DNA of 64,000 nt from contig CP158636.1 in the NCBI GenBank assembly GCA_050273025.1, positions 2,728,001 to 2,792,000 on the forward strand, written 5' to 3'. Below the pieces are notes generated by a model that had not been told where the DNA came from, searched no databases, and saw only the letters and a list, made by a program, of their open reading frames with translations. Numbering within the stretch: position 1 is the stretch's first letter; each line of letters opens with the position of its first letter. Source of the DNA: Cenococcum geophilum. Its lineage: Eukaryota. Position numbers and translations under genes: made by a program. Below are positions 1-13,070 of this stretch, one piece after another.

Positions 1-2189
1 AGATCTAAAGAAGATTGAGGCTATAGTGAATTGGTAAGAATTAGAGAATGTTACGTAATTAAGATTATTTCTAGGGTTTTGTAATTACTATAGAAGGTTT
101 ATAGCGCAGTAGTTAAAGGATATTAAGCTATTTACGCGACTAATAAAGAAAGAAGAACTATGGGCATAGGGAGAGGAATAAAGAGAACTCTTTAAAAAAG
201 TTAAAGAGTTGTTTACCTAGGAGCTAGTTCTTAAGATCTATTAACTAGGACTAGAGATGGTTATAAAGACGGATGTATTAGACTATATACTAGGGGCGTG
301 CTTTATACAGAAATATTAAAATAGATAGTACCTAGTGGTATACTATAGTTGGAAGATAATACTATTAGAGTTAAACTATAACATCTATAATAAGGAGTTA
401 TTAGGTATAGTTGCAGTATTAAAGAAATAAAGAGCATTCTTATAAGGTATGGAGAAACTATTTATAGTTAAGACAGATTATAAGAACCTAATAGGATTTT
501 TAATAATAAAGGAACTTAACTAAAGATAGGTTAGATGGGTAGAGATGCTTATAAAATATTATTTTAAGATTTAGTATACTAAGGGTACAGATAATGCGCG
601 GGTAGACGCTCTAAGCTATAAAGCTAAATTATAGAACGATGAAAAGCTATTAGGGGCTTTACTATAAAAAGATATAGATGGATTAATTAGGTGCAATTAT
701 CCGAAAATCGCAGCAACTTAAGAAAATAATAAGTTAGAAAAAGTTTATAAGATACTAGAAAGCTTTTAGGTATAAAGAATTTTAAAAGTATAGCTAGAAG
801 ATCTACAGATGGATATATACGAAAATTGAGAAGTAAAGTATATCCTAAGAAGTATAGCAGAGTAATTTATGGAAGAATTTTATAAGGGATTAACTTAAGG
901 ACATAATGGAGCTATAGGCTTAGTGTTAAGACTCTAGAAGGAGTATATTATTAATAGAATCTAAAGGATAGCTAGGAAGGTTATAAAAGAGTATTTAGAT
1001 TGCTAAAGGAATAAACTAATAAGGTATAAGCTATATAGAGGGCTACAACCTATTAAAATACCAGAGAGACTATAGGAGGTTATATTATAGGACTTTATTA
1101 TTAAGTTACTAAAATTAAGAGATCCTATTACTAGATAAGATTATAACGTAATCTTAGTAATAGTGGATAAGCTTATAAAGTAGGGATACTTTATAGTATG
1201 CACAGAAGAAATCTTAGTGGAAGATGTTGCTAGAATCTATGTTAAAGAAGTGTTTATAAGATATAGAGTACTAAGTAAGATTATATTGGATAGGGATTTA
1301 AGATTTATAGCAGCATTCTAGGAGGTATTCTTAGCGGAGTAAGGAGTTTAAGTAGTAACTTCTACCGCATATTATCCGCAGATAGACGGTTAAATAGAAA
1401 GATTAAATTAGATACTAGAATAGTATCTAAGGTATTATATTAATTACGCATAGAATAATTAGGTATCGCTATTACTAGTTATATAGTTTATATATAATAT
1501 AACACCTTAAGAAGGAATAGGCATATTACTATTTAAGGCAAATTATAGGTATAAGCTAAGAACATTGTTATTACTACAGTAAGTAAAAAAAACGAGTAGC
1601 ATAGCTAAAGAAAGAATAAAGATGTTAATAAATCTTTATATAAACCTTATAGAATTAGTAAAGAAAGTATAAGAGAGAATAAAAAGGTATTATAATACTA
1701 AGAGATCTAAGGGACTAGATCTTAAGGAGGGAGATAAAGTATAGCTACTATATAAAAATTTTAAGAGTTGACGACTAAGTAAGAAGTTGGACTATATTAG
1801 ACTAGGACCTTTTAAAATTACGTAGAGGATTTTACTGGTTATATTTAAGTTAAACCTACTAGCTAAAATAAAGATCTACCCTATATAGTATATTGTAATG
1901 CTAGAGCTAGTATACGGGAATGTTAAGCCACTGGTTTATAAAGTAGATATATATAGAGGATAGGAAGAAGACAAATAGTAAGTTTTAAAGATCGTTAGTT
2001 ATAAGGACGTTAATAATAAAATATGGTATAAGGTTAAGTGGATAGGCTATAATAAGACTACCTAGGAGCTACTAGAAAATTTAAAAAATGCTATAGGAAA
2101 GGTATAGGAGTATCGGAAGAGATTAGGTTAGGAAGTATTAAAAAAAAAGTATTACTAAAGAATGAGTTACCTAAGGGGGACCTAAGAAG

Positions 2190-2742
2190 AGCAGTTGCTA
2201 AACTATTTGGATTTATTTCCTTCTCTATTAGAAGAGAATCCGTTCTTTTATTACTAAGTTCCTATAGGCCTTATTCTATAAGTTTTTACTCCTTAAAACG
2301 CACCTTCTTACGAACCTTCTTAAGATGGAGTAAATAAGTAGACGCCGTAATGCGAGTATCTAGGGCCTTTTGTTCCGTATCCTAAGAACATTCTAACTTA
2401 GTAAGGGCTTAAGATAGTTTACTATCTAGCTATATAGCAGCAGATTAAATATAAGACCTTAAAATAAATTAATTAGGAAACTAGACGACTATTAAGAGTA
2501 ATAGGTCGCGTATATTTAGCATTAGAAGTAGAGCGAATGTTATAGGATAAATAAATATTCGCTTTAGTGTACTTTAAGTAAGAGGACGGTTATTATAAAG
2601 ATGGGTTTACTAACATAATATAGACCAACCCCTCTTTTAAATAGCAAGAATATAGAGACGGTATAATCTCACTAAGAGATAATATTACAGCAATAGTGCG
2701 AGCACAACGTTGGGCGTGTAAAGAAGAAATTGCTTTAGGTAT
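2190..2742 (-). pseudogene. Relic antisense ORF of element A: six-Cys (Zn-cluster-like) N-terminus plus coiled coil
   Basis: Minus frame from 2742 reads I(M)PKAISS..EIIPSLYSCYLKEGLVYIM..PSSYLKYTKANIYLSYNIRS. Reverting TAT/TAC to TGT/TGC gives a CxxC-x6-C-x13-CxxC-x8-C-type pattern. A downstream segment reads ..LLHLKKVRKKVRFKE*KLIE*GL*EL. The 3' boundary is approximate. Confidence 0.55.
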
Positions 2743-2850
2743 AATAAGTAATAATATTAACTAAATTAATTAGATAGATATTATACCTCTAGTAAATAAC
2801 TTAAAGATGTTTTAAATCTTTAAGGACAAAGATAAAGAGGAGGGAGATAG

Positions 2851-3273
2851 TATTACGGACGCTTTAAGTACGATATTATAACTACTTAGAGAAGAGATAG
2901 AAGAAGCTAGTTAGTTAATCTAGGCACGGTTTAAAATAGAGCTGGTAGAACTATGTAATAAAGAATGGTAACTAAGGTTATATAACATGCTACATATTAA
3001 ACGAGAGAAATAGGAGAAACTTACGTACCTTATATATAAGATATATATTATATACAAGAAGGATTTTATAGGAGTACGGTTGTGTATTTAAGGACCCTTA
3101 GTCCCTACCTAGATGGTTCCTTCCTTGTAGTAATTCTTAGAATATAATTAAAGTTAATCTATTGGGCAACCACTCCACCAGTTATTATTACTTTATTAAC
3201 TTTAACTTACTTTACCTACACACCTAGCCTATTAACGAGCCTACCGTAGTTCTTGCTACAAGGTTCCGTTACA
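2851..3273 (+). repeat. 3' LTR of element A (~423 bp)
   Basis: Follows the PPT, begins TATTACGG (RIP form of TGTTACGG) and ends CCGTTACA. Matches the reverse complement of 13071-13494. Confidence 0.9.
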
Positions 3274-6200
3274 AAAAGTAATTAATAAAGGGCTAAAGTC
3301 TCTGGTCTAAATACTAATCTATAATCTCTGTCTAACCGTCTATCTAAGGGTAATACGCCGTAGAAAGCTTTAGCTTAATGCCTAGGATCTAGGTAAACTC
3401 GTTCTAAAAGGCTAATATAAACTACAGCCTATAATTAGATATAATAGTATTTAATAGTCCGTAAATTTAATAGACGTAGTAGATATATAGCTAGGCCGCC
3501 TCTTTAGCATTAATATTCTTATAGCAGGGGATTAAAAATAGGCGCTTGCCAAAGCGGTTAACTAGGATTATAACTATATTATATCCGTTACGGTCTATAG
3601 GTAGTTTATAAAAGTCTATAGAGATATATTACCAGAGGCGCTCTAATATTAGAAGCGGTTTTAGTAATCCTGGGGTCTTATTTTATAGGATTATAGCTCT
3701 TTAATAGTTATCGCAGTTCCGTATATATTAATTAACGTCTATAGCTATTTTAGGCCAATAGTAGCGGCCGCTAATAAATTTTACGGGTCTTATTCTTGCT
3801 GGGGTATACTATAGAGACTTAGCAATAGGCTTTGCAAATTAATTTAGTCCGTAAATTATTAATATTAGGGACTATAAGCCGCTCTTAATATAGGAGCAAT
3901 CCTTCCTCTATTTTAAAATCAGGATCTCCTCTTATAGCTTAATTACGGAGGGCCTTTAAGGCGTTAGACATGCGGTTTACAGTTAAAAGGTAGTTAATTA
4001 GCCCTATTCGTTTATCTAAGAACTCCTTTATTAGTGCTAGCTTATTTTACTAAGAGTTTAACTCCTTAAGGATTTATAGGTTAAGCTATTCGGGATAAAG
4101 GAGCGCGCGCGTCCGGTATTAGGTCTTTAGCTTATCCTAGGGTTCTATATCTTATTCTCTTTAAGTTAGGGCATTAGCCTTAGAGTTTTGCTTACTAAAA
4201 CGATATATAATTATGAAGAAGAATTAGGAAAGTACTTTAGCCTACTAGGCTTACTATTTAGTAAGCTACTTTATAGTTATAAAGTACTCTAGGGCCTTAT
4301 AATCTATATATATCTTAATCTAAGAGTTTATACCTTAAGCTCCGCGCGTTATTAGGATAGCGATTAAATAATAGCTAGCATTTCTTTATTATATATTTTA
4401 TAGTTATACTTAGCTAGGTCTATTATTTTTTTTAAAAAAAGGCAATAGGGTACTATTTACCGTCCTAATATAGCTGTAATAGAATTCCCGCTATAACTTT
4501 ATTAGAAGCGTCTATTTCTAACATTAATTTAAAGTTTAGGTTATAGTAATAAAGGATTAAAGAAGAGATAAGCCGCTCTTTTAACTCTTTAAAGGCTTCT
4601 ATATAATTACTATTAAAGGTAAAAAGCGTATCTTTTCGGATAAGTTATATAAGATGCTTAGCTATAACTCTATAGTTATGGATAAACTAGTAGTAGAAGT
4701 TATAAAAACTAAGGAAGGACTAGATCCCTTTTATAGTATAAGGGGGTTTCTAGTTACGGATTGCTTTAACCTTTTTAGGATTAACTTTAATTCCTTCTAT
4801 AGTAATAATAAACCTAAGGTACTTTATACGTTTTACTCCAAATTTATATTTCTTAATATTAACTTATAAGCCTACGTTCCGTAGTCTCTCTAGGACCTTC
4901 TTTATATAAACTTTATACTTAAGTTCATTATCTAAGTATATAAAGATGTTATCCAAGTATACTATATAGAATTTATTAAGGTAGTTAAAAAGGACATTAT
5001 TTATATACCTTTAGTATATAGCTAGCCCATTTATTAGTTTAAAAGAAAGGACTTTATATTTATAGGACCCGTAATAGGTATAGAATGTTATTAAATCTTT
5101 AGATATAGGGTCTATCCTAATTCAGTAAAAAGCTTAGCGGATATTAAGTATAGTAAAGATCTTTACCTAGCTTAAACGTATAAGGGACTTATTAATTAAA
5201 GAAATAAGATACTAATCCTTTTAAGTAATAGCATTTAGCTTTTAATAGTCGATATAGAAACAAAGGCCTCTATTAGGCTTTTTTATAAATAGGATAGGGA
5301 AAGTAAAAGGGGCTTAGCTTAGCTCGATAAACCCTTTATTAAGGTTCTTAATTAAGTACTACTTTATTACTTTTAGCTTATCCATTAATTATTAGTATAA
5401 AGGGCTATATCTTAGCAAGTTATTAGCTTCTAATTAAATCTTATAATTATATATCCGGTAAGGAGGTAACATATTTAAAGCCGCTTTTAAGAATGCATTC
5501 TTATATCCCGCATAAATAGTAGGAAGGAGGCATTTAACTAGTTCCTTATTAGTTTCCTTAGCTGGCTTTTCTTCCCTCTTATTAATAATCCGGTTAATTT
5601 CGTATAGGCTAGTTATAAAGACCTTATTATCCCTCCTATATATATTAAAGTGGAATACTATAGCACTAATTACCGCGATATTTACTATAAGGGGGGTTAT
5701 ATAATAATGGGGGTATATAGGACCTTAGGGGCTTCTAGGGTAAAGGCGTTGTTATAACTCCTTTTAGCTCCTATTATATCTTTTAGAGGTTATCTCTTAT
5801 ATCCTATCAGTATATTCTCTTCTATATTGGTTAAATCTGCGTAATTTAGACATTATTTACGTCACTATTTATCCCGCTACCGTATATAGAGTCTTTATTA
5901 ACCGTAGCGCTCTAGGGGAGTATCTTTATTAGTATAAAAGAGTTCCTTCCGGCCTTGCGATAGGCATCTTCTTAGGTAAAGGCTAGGTCGCAGTCCCTAA
6001 TATCCTACTAATAAGTAGGGTCAGCCCTTACAGCTAGTGTCTTATGGTTAGTTTAGATTTCCCTAATAAAGGAAGGTAATTTTAGTTTATTCTCTAGCTA
6101 GACAAATTATCTTTATTATATAATTAGCCAAATATTAAAATAGGACATCTATTTTTGGTTAAAGATTATATTATAGGACCCTAGGTCTAGGATGCAAAAG

Positions 6201-7251
6201 GGGATACTATATTAGCGTCGTTCGTTAAGAGCAATATATAACTTTAGGATATAGGTAACCGGCTTACCGGCCTAACCGTTATATCCTCTTACTTAAATAG
6301 GCTTCTTTAGTCTGGTAGCTTTTATATTTAAAAACTTAGCAACGTTATTTATATAGGCAGTATTTATAAAGGCAAAACCATTTACTCTAGTATTAATAAG
6401 GGCGGTTATATTAACACTATATCTATTTTAAGATACTATATATGGAACCGTAAAATGTTTTCCACCTATTAACTAACTTGGATTAATCTCTTTAAGATCA
6501 ATAGGGTACCCTAGGGGGGAGTTTTTCCCTAGGGTTCTTCTTTTCCTAACTTATTAGACATATCTCCTTCCTCTATCTCCTTAATATCGCCTATATCCTT
6601 TAGCTCTAGGCAAAATAAGGCGAAATAACTATCCTTATTATAGTTGTAACATATAACCATAGTAGGGTTAATTAGGGTATTGCGACGATTACTAGTTAAG
6701 GGCGTAGTATATAGTAGGTTAGGCGAGGCTCGCGGATACGCAGTAGTGACCGCTTTTAGGGTAAGGACCGCTATAACTTGTCTTCCTACTCTAGCTCCTA
6801 TAAGTATAGTTAACGGGTTCTAGGGTTACTTCTACTAATTAAGGCGGGCGTTAATTCGCTTTAATTCTGAATCTAATAATAGGCAATAAGCCGTAAGTCT
6901 TTTGTAGTTTAGCAGGTCGTTTAAGGTTACTATAATCTTCTCTTACAGCCTAATCGTTAGTTTATTATATAGGTCTAATTATTAATTTTTAAGGGGGACT
7001 TAGCCTTCTCCTATAAGGTATAGGAATTAAGTCTAGAATTTAGTAAAGGGTTAATTTAGTTTTATTATTAGGCGATTATAGTCATACTAGGCATCCTATA
7101 CTTTATTCGGGTTAATATAGATAATAGCTAGGTGCTATATTATCTTATTAATAGATATAAATTAAATAGGGAATCGTCCTTAAACTTAGCTTAAAGGTGC
7201 CGTTAGGCGTCCCCAGTAGTTTAACTAAAGAGGTAGAGCATTTTGGCTTCT

Positions 7252-7506
7252 TGTAAGAGTTATTTTAGCCCTTACTCGGCTGTATCGCCTAGGAGCTCTA
7301 AGGGGTAGCTAAGGCCTAGCCGAAGGCTAGGCTTGGCACCTCCTTATAAGCACCTTGGGCTTGCAGCCCTTCCCTCCTTATTAGTTCGTCTCCGTATAAG
7401 GCTATTGCCTACTCTTTACCATATCGTCCTCTTCCATCGACTCCCTATGTAACTTATGCTCGGCTTACCTACTCCCTACCGTACACTCTAGCAATACTGC
7501 CTTATA
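7252..7506. mobile_element. Solo LTR (255 bp) inserted in gag of element B
   Basis: Termini TGTAAG...CTTATA with 5-bp TSD CTTCT at 7247-7251 and 7507-7511. Removing it restores the gag frame FLSKEAKMLYLF. Confidence 0.85.
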
Positions 7507-8170
7507 CTTCTTTAGAAAGGAAATAGTTATAGTTAACGCGGAGCTTTCCTCGTACTCAAATCCTCTAATTTTCAAAGGTAGGGTCTATCCCGTTAGATAG
7601 TAGTAGGGGGTTAGGGAGCTTAACGGACTTTAATTACTTTATTATTATATCTATACTTCCTAATATATCGCACTTAGTAGAGTAAACAGGTCGGCTAGGG
7701 CTTTAAGAAGGGGAAGCTAGGCTATTTTATAGGGCCGTAATACTTTCTAAAATCTCTTATAGAGTCTCTTATATATTCCTTACCTCTAGATAATTAGCTT
7801 TCTAGTTAGCTACAAAGGCATAAATCTACTCGCGTACATTTACAACGTTATTATTATCTTTAATTTCTAATCCTAATTAGATCTTAGGTTCCTCTTAGGT
7901 AAAGATAGCTCTCTTAACTAAGCTAGCTTTAGGTACCATTATTAGCTTTCTAGGGTTTATTAGTATTATATGCTTTAGTTTTAATTCCAGGGGTATAGGT
8001 CTAGTTCTATCTAGCTTATAAGGTAGGATATTATTTAGGCCTTCCCAGGCAATATAGAGTTGTTTTAGTGTCTAAGTATAGCGCGTTAACGCGTCATTAC
8101 AGACAAAGTTTCTTTTAGAGTAGGATATTATTAAGGCCTTCCTAGGCAATATAGGGTGAGCTTAGTATAA

Positions 8171-8362
8171 TATTACGGCTTATACAAATGCCTTTAAACC
8201 AAAGCTTATAGAATGCTATATTACGAAGATACTAAGCTAAGGAGAAGAGGAGAGGTATATATAGGAGGTAGAGGCGTAATATATACGCGTTATAACGCTA
8301 AGTCTTTAGCCGAACCCCTAACCAGGCTCCCTGTTTAGGTTACGCGTTATAGTGCCGTAATA
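8171..8362 (-). repeat. 5' LTR of element B (~192 bp)
   Basis: Bounded by inverted termini TATTACGG...CCGTAATA (RIP form of TG...CA). Lies upstream of gag and abuts the RT of element C. Confidence 0.75.
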
Positions 8363-11300
8363 AAGCCCCTTTTACTTTACCAATTCTATTTACTAAAAAG
8401 CTAAATAGAGGACTCTACTTTTATATTAACTATTATAAGCTAAATTATATAACCTATAAGGACCGCTATCTGCTTCCCCTACTTAATAAAACTTTAGCCT
8501 AAATAAGTAGAGCTAAGGTCTTTATAAAGCTTAATATCCGCTAGGCCTTTTACTAAATTAAAATAAACCCTAGGTCTAAAAATCTTATTATATTTTAGAT
8601 TTATTACGGAATGTATAAATATAAGGTACTTCCTTTTAGACTAATTAATAGACTAGCTATATACTAGCGGTATATAAACAATATACTCTTTAACTACCTT
8701 AACGACTTTTATACAGCCTATTTAGATAATATTATAATCTACTTTAAAAATAAGCTAGAATATAAGGAGCATGTTTATAAAGTCCTATAATAGCTCTATA
8801 AAGCTAGCCTCTAGGTTAATATTAAGAAGTTAGAGTTTAGTGTTAAGCATATAAAGTACCTAGGTTTTATTATTAGTATAAATGGAATTAAAGCCAACCT
8901 AAAGAAAAGGGCTATAATTAATTAGTAGGCACCCCTATAGACTATAAAGGGGGTATAATTATTTTTAGGGTTTTATAACTTCTACTAACGCTTTATTAAA
9001 AACTACAGTAAAATCGCCTAGCTTCCTAATCATCTTATTAAAAAAGACCAGCCCTTTTACTTTAATACTATATAGGCAGGCCTTTAATAAACTTAAAAAA
9101 CGGCTAGTATTAGCTCCCCTACTTACCTATTTTAACCTAGAACGGCCCTTAATACTAAAAACTAATACCTTAGATAGTATAATAGCTGGTGTTTTTTTCC
9201 TAGAAGTAACTGGAGCGAGAATAGCACCCTATTATATACTATTTAAAGACTATAATAAATGCTAAGCTAAACCACTATATCTACAATAATAAAAATACTA
9301 GCTATTATCTCTAACTTTTAGCACTGGCGTATATAGCTAGAGGGGACCCCTAAGCTAATTAAGGTAGTTTTAGATTATAAGGCCCTAGAATACTTTATAA
9401 TAACTAAGGCCCTTATAGCCTAGTACGCACACTAGGCGGATATCCTATCTTAGTTTAACTTCTTAATTATATATAAACTAGGCGCTATAAACCGTATAAA
9501 TGCTCTTATAAGGCGTAAATAAGACCTAGATAACTAGATAGCTATAAAGATCTTATTATAGACCTAAACGCTATTATAACCAAAATACCTTAACCCTTAA
9601 ATACGGGTAGAACTAAGTATAAAATCTTTAGAAGTCGAGATATACCCTATTAACTCCCAAGAACTTAACCTTATTAATAAACTAATATAAGTAAACCATA
9701 CGGTCCCTTCTCTATATGAGTACTATAAAAAGGTAAAGGACGTTACTAGCCTATAGTCTCTTAAAAATAGACCACTTAAGCACTAGGTATAGCTAGTAGT
9801 AGTAAAGAAATAGGACTTGCGGACTTAGCTTATTGCTAAAGTATATGCCTAGGTCTCTACGGCCCACCTTAGAAAAAATAAAACCTATAGGATTATTAGT
9901 AACCGCTACTATTAGCCTAGAATAGTTATAGACGTCGACCGTTATATACAGAACTATAACAACTACTATAAATCTATAATCCTATAAGATAAAACCCTAG
10001 GACTATTAAAACTACTCCTAATACTAGAACGCCCCTAGTAGTATATCTCTATTAACTTTTATAAGCTACTTATAGACCGTAACGGATATAATATAGTTAT
10101 AATTCTAGTTAACCGCTTTAGTAAGCGCCTATTCTTAATCCCCTATTATAAGAATATTAATACTAAAGAGGTAGCCTAACTATATATTTACTATATCTAC
10201 TAAATCTACAGACTACTAGATACTATAGTATCTAATTATAGGCTGTAATTTATATTAGCTTTCTAGAATAAGTTTACCTAAATTTTAGGCATTAAACTAA
10301 AGCTTTTATAGCTTACTACCCCTAAATAGATAGTTAAACGAAAGTTATAAATTAATACTTAAACTAGAGACTTCGGCCCTTTATTAACTACTTCTAAAAT
10401 AACTAGGCTAAACTACTACCCCTAGTAAACTACGCCTAAGCAACCCTACCCTACAACTTTATAGGATTTGCCCCTATTTAATTAGAAATGGGCTACTTAC
10501 CCTATATAAGTTTTAACTTGGGAAAACTAGAAGGACCCTAGACTATACGCAAAAAACTATTTTATAAAGAGGCCTAGTAGTACACTAAGCGCTTAGAAGA
10601 AGCCTAGATAGTAGCCTATATAAATCTAGAAAAAGCCTAAAAATTAATATAATAGTAGGCAAATAAGTATAAATAAGAGCCTAACTTTACTATAGGAGAT
10701 ATAGTCTAGGTTATAATAAAGAACTAAAAGATAAAACGACCTAGCTATAAGCTAGACTATTAGATAGCAGGACCGTATAAGGTTCTTAAGAAGATAGAAA
10801 ATTTATATAAAATAAAGCTCTTAGATTTAATTAAAGTTTACCCTATTTTCTCTCTAAATAGACTATAGAAAGCTATAAATAACCTATTACTTAGATAAAA
10901 GAATAAACCTCCCCTACTAATTTAAGTTAATAGCGATAATAAATAGGAAATTAAAGAAATACTGGCCTATAAGCTTATAAGGGGAACGTTAAAATATTAT
11001 ATTAGTTAGAAAGGGTACAACCTAAACCCTACTTAGTACCCTATATAGAACTTTATAGGTAGTCCCTATAAGCTTTAGGGGTTTTATAGTTATTATCCTA
11101 ATAAACCTAAACCCCTAAAGTACCTTAATAAGTAAATAGAGTGCTAAAATAGCAAAGATAATAAGCTGCCTATTAAGTATAAAGATAAGAATACTCTAGA
11201 GATATAATACGGACGCATAAAGCCTAAGGGCAGGCTTTTTTAGAGGGGGGAGTAATATTATAACGCTAGTAAAAACTAGTAGATTATAGCTAATAGATAT

Positions 11301-11569
11301 TAGTGGAAACTAGTGGATTATAGCTAATAGATATTAATAGATATTAGTAAATTATAGCGGATAGTTGTAAATAGTCGTAGGCAGTTTTATATAGTTTTAA
11401 ATAATTGCCGTTATATAACCGGAGGGTTATATATAACGTCAAGCGACGCCGCCCTCCGTCTCCTTTCCTTTCTTTAGCTTTAGATCCTCGTTTATAGACT
11501 ACTAATTATATAGGCTTGCGCGTCCCTCTTGCTGTGCTCGTGCCTTAATTGACTAAGTCGCTAATAATA
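8363..11569 (+). mobile_element. Ty3/Gypsy (chromovirus) element C, 3' part, RIP-degenerate
   Basis: RT begins PFTLPILFTKKLNRGLYFYINYYKLN, YLDNIIIY at ~8720, RNase H ~9130-9500, integrase ~9850-10500, chromodomain ~10940-11100, PPT AGAGGGGGGAG at ~11242-11252, then the LTR. Confidence 0.9.
11256..11569 (+). repeat. Probable 3' LTR of element C (~314 bp)
   Basis: Follows the PPT, has TATTA...TAATA termini and internal short tandem repeats (ACTAGTRGATTATAGCTAATAGATATTA x2). Confidence 0.6.
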
Positions 11570-13070
11570 CCCCTTTTTAATTCCTAGGGCGATTGTTTAT
11601 AAAGTATATAGTTACTTACTATCTATACCGTATTCTATCTAGTAGCCTAAATAATAACCCTATAGTTTTCCTATCTCCTCTCTATAGCCGGTTACCCTAA
11701 AAAGGGCCTAGTAACTAGGGCCTAGGTATAAAAGATACCTAGAGTATATATATACCCCGCTCGCCTTTTAGTATTATAAAGCCAGTTATAGATAAATCCC
11801 TTTTACGCCTTTGATAAACTCTAGGGGGGTATACGCGGTAAATAGTCTATAAGAGTAGCGTGTATTAGAGACGGTTAAGATATAGGAAACTGCTATAAAT
11901 ATATAGTAATTAATTGGTTAATAGTAAGACCTAATTAGGATATAGTAGTTATTAAGGAGATCTAATATCTATAGAGGTCTAGATATAACTACTAGGTAGT
12001 TCTAAAGGGCCGCTAGCTATATATAGAGGTAGTTAACGGAGGTTTTTTATCCTACTAAGGTAGCTTATAGGGGGTTTCTCCCCTAATACTAGGGTTTTTT
12101 CCTATAAAATATTAATTTCTCCCTAGGTATAGAGTAGTCTATATAGGCCCAATAGGGATCTAAATTAGGCATTAAGTAATAATTAATTTAATTAGTGATA
12201 TATAACTATAGGGCCTATATTTAAATAGAATTCTATTAGGACTTAAATAGGGCTAGTAGGAAATAATTATCCTAATAAGACACTATTAGAACCCTACTAG
12301 GAGGCTATTAGTATAATTGAGAAATATTAGGTTCCTACTAGGAGCCTATTAAAACGATTAGAAAATACTAGGTTTCTGCTAGGAGTCTATTAAAACAATT
12401 AAGATAATTAAGAAAATTAAAATCCTACTAAGAGGCTTTTAGGATCTTAGCACCTTAATAAAATGCTAATATTATATACTTAGCCTATTAGTAAGTCTAC
12501 TGTAATATCTACTATAAGGCTTTGTTATACTTAGTAACTAATATATATACATATGGCCCTAAATAGGGCTCTCGCCTAATACTATCGTTATAATTAATAT
12601 ATAGTAATTAATAGTAAGGTTTAGTTAGGATATATAATAAACTTTAGTTCTAAATAAGTTAAAAAAGAAAAGGATATAGTAGTTACTATAGAGATCTAAA
12701 ATCTAATAGAAGTTTAAATATAGTAATTAAATAGCTTTAAGGGCTCACTAGCTATATATAAAAGTAGTTAAATTAGTATTTTTTTAAATTATATTAAGAT
12801 AGCTTATGGGGTTTTCCCCCTTAATATATTAAAGGGTTTTTCTATATAATATATAACTTTACTCTATATATAAAGTAGTTTATATAGGCCTAAATAAGAT
12901 CTATATTAGATATTAATTAAAGAGTTAATAATAATAATAAAATAATAAAATTTTTATATATATATATCTAGTATTGCGTTACGCCTTTATCTTAAAAACA
13001 TTTATTAATAAAAGGTAGTAGGTATAGCTAAGATAAGGTAATATAGCGAATATATACTTTAATAAGTAGG
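11570..13070. repeat. Unclassified RIP-degenerate repeat DNA with an internal degenerate duplication
   Basis: AT-rich and TpA-rich. About 11958-12180 resembles about 12691-12920, and ~40-bp tandem units occur at about 12290-12440. Confidence 0.5.

Larger units (their letters stand above)
1..3273 (+). mobile_element. Ty3/Gypsy (chromovirus) LTR retrotransposon A, 3' part, RIP-degenerate
   Basis: Plus-strand relic translation gives the RT C-terminus (FLGFCNYYRRFI, ~70-100), RNase H (~260-620), integrase with HHCC and core (~890-1600) and a chromodomain (~1970-2120). A purine tract at 2828-2850 precedes the LTR. Many TAA/TAG stops and TpA excess. Confidence 0.92.
3274..8362 (-). mobile_element. 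Ty3/Gypsy LTR retrotransposon B (5' LTR, gag, PR, RT, RH, partial IN), RIP-degenerate, interrupted by element A
   Basis: Minus strand: gag (KLPNPLLLSNGIDPTFEN.. ~7520-7620, continuing 7250-6900), zinc knuckle CYNYNKDSYFALFC (~6605-6655), protease (~6200-6450), RT VYLDNIFIY (~4935-4965), RNase H (~4100-4500) and integrase (~3300-3900) ending abruptly at the LTR of A. Confidence 0.9.

Noticed and set aside
4654..4869. 71-aa plus-strand ORF
   Set aside because: Antisense to the RIPed RT of element B.
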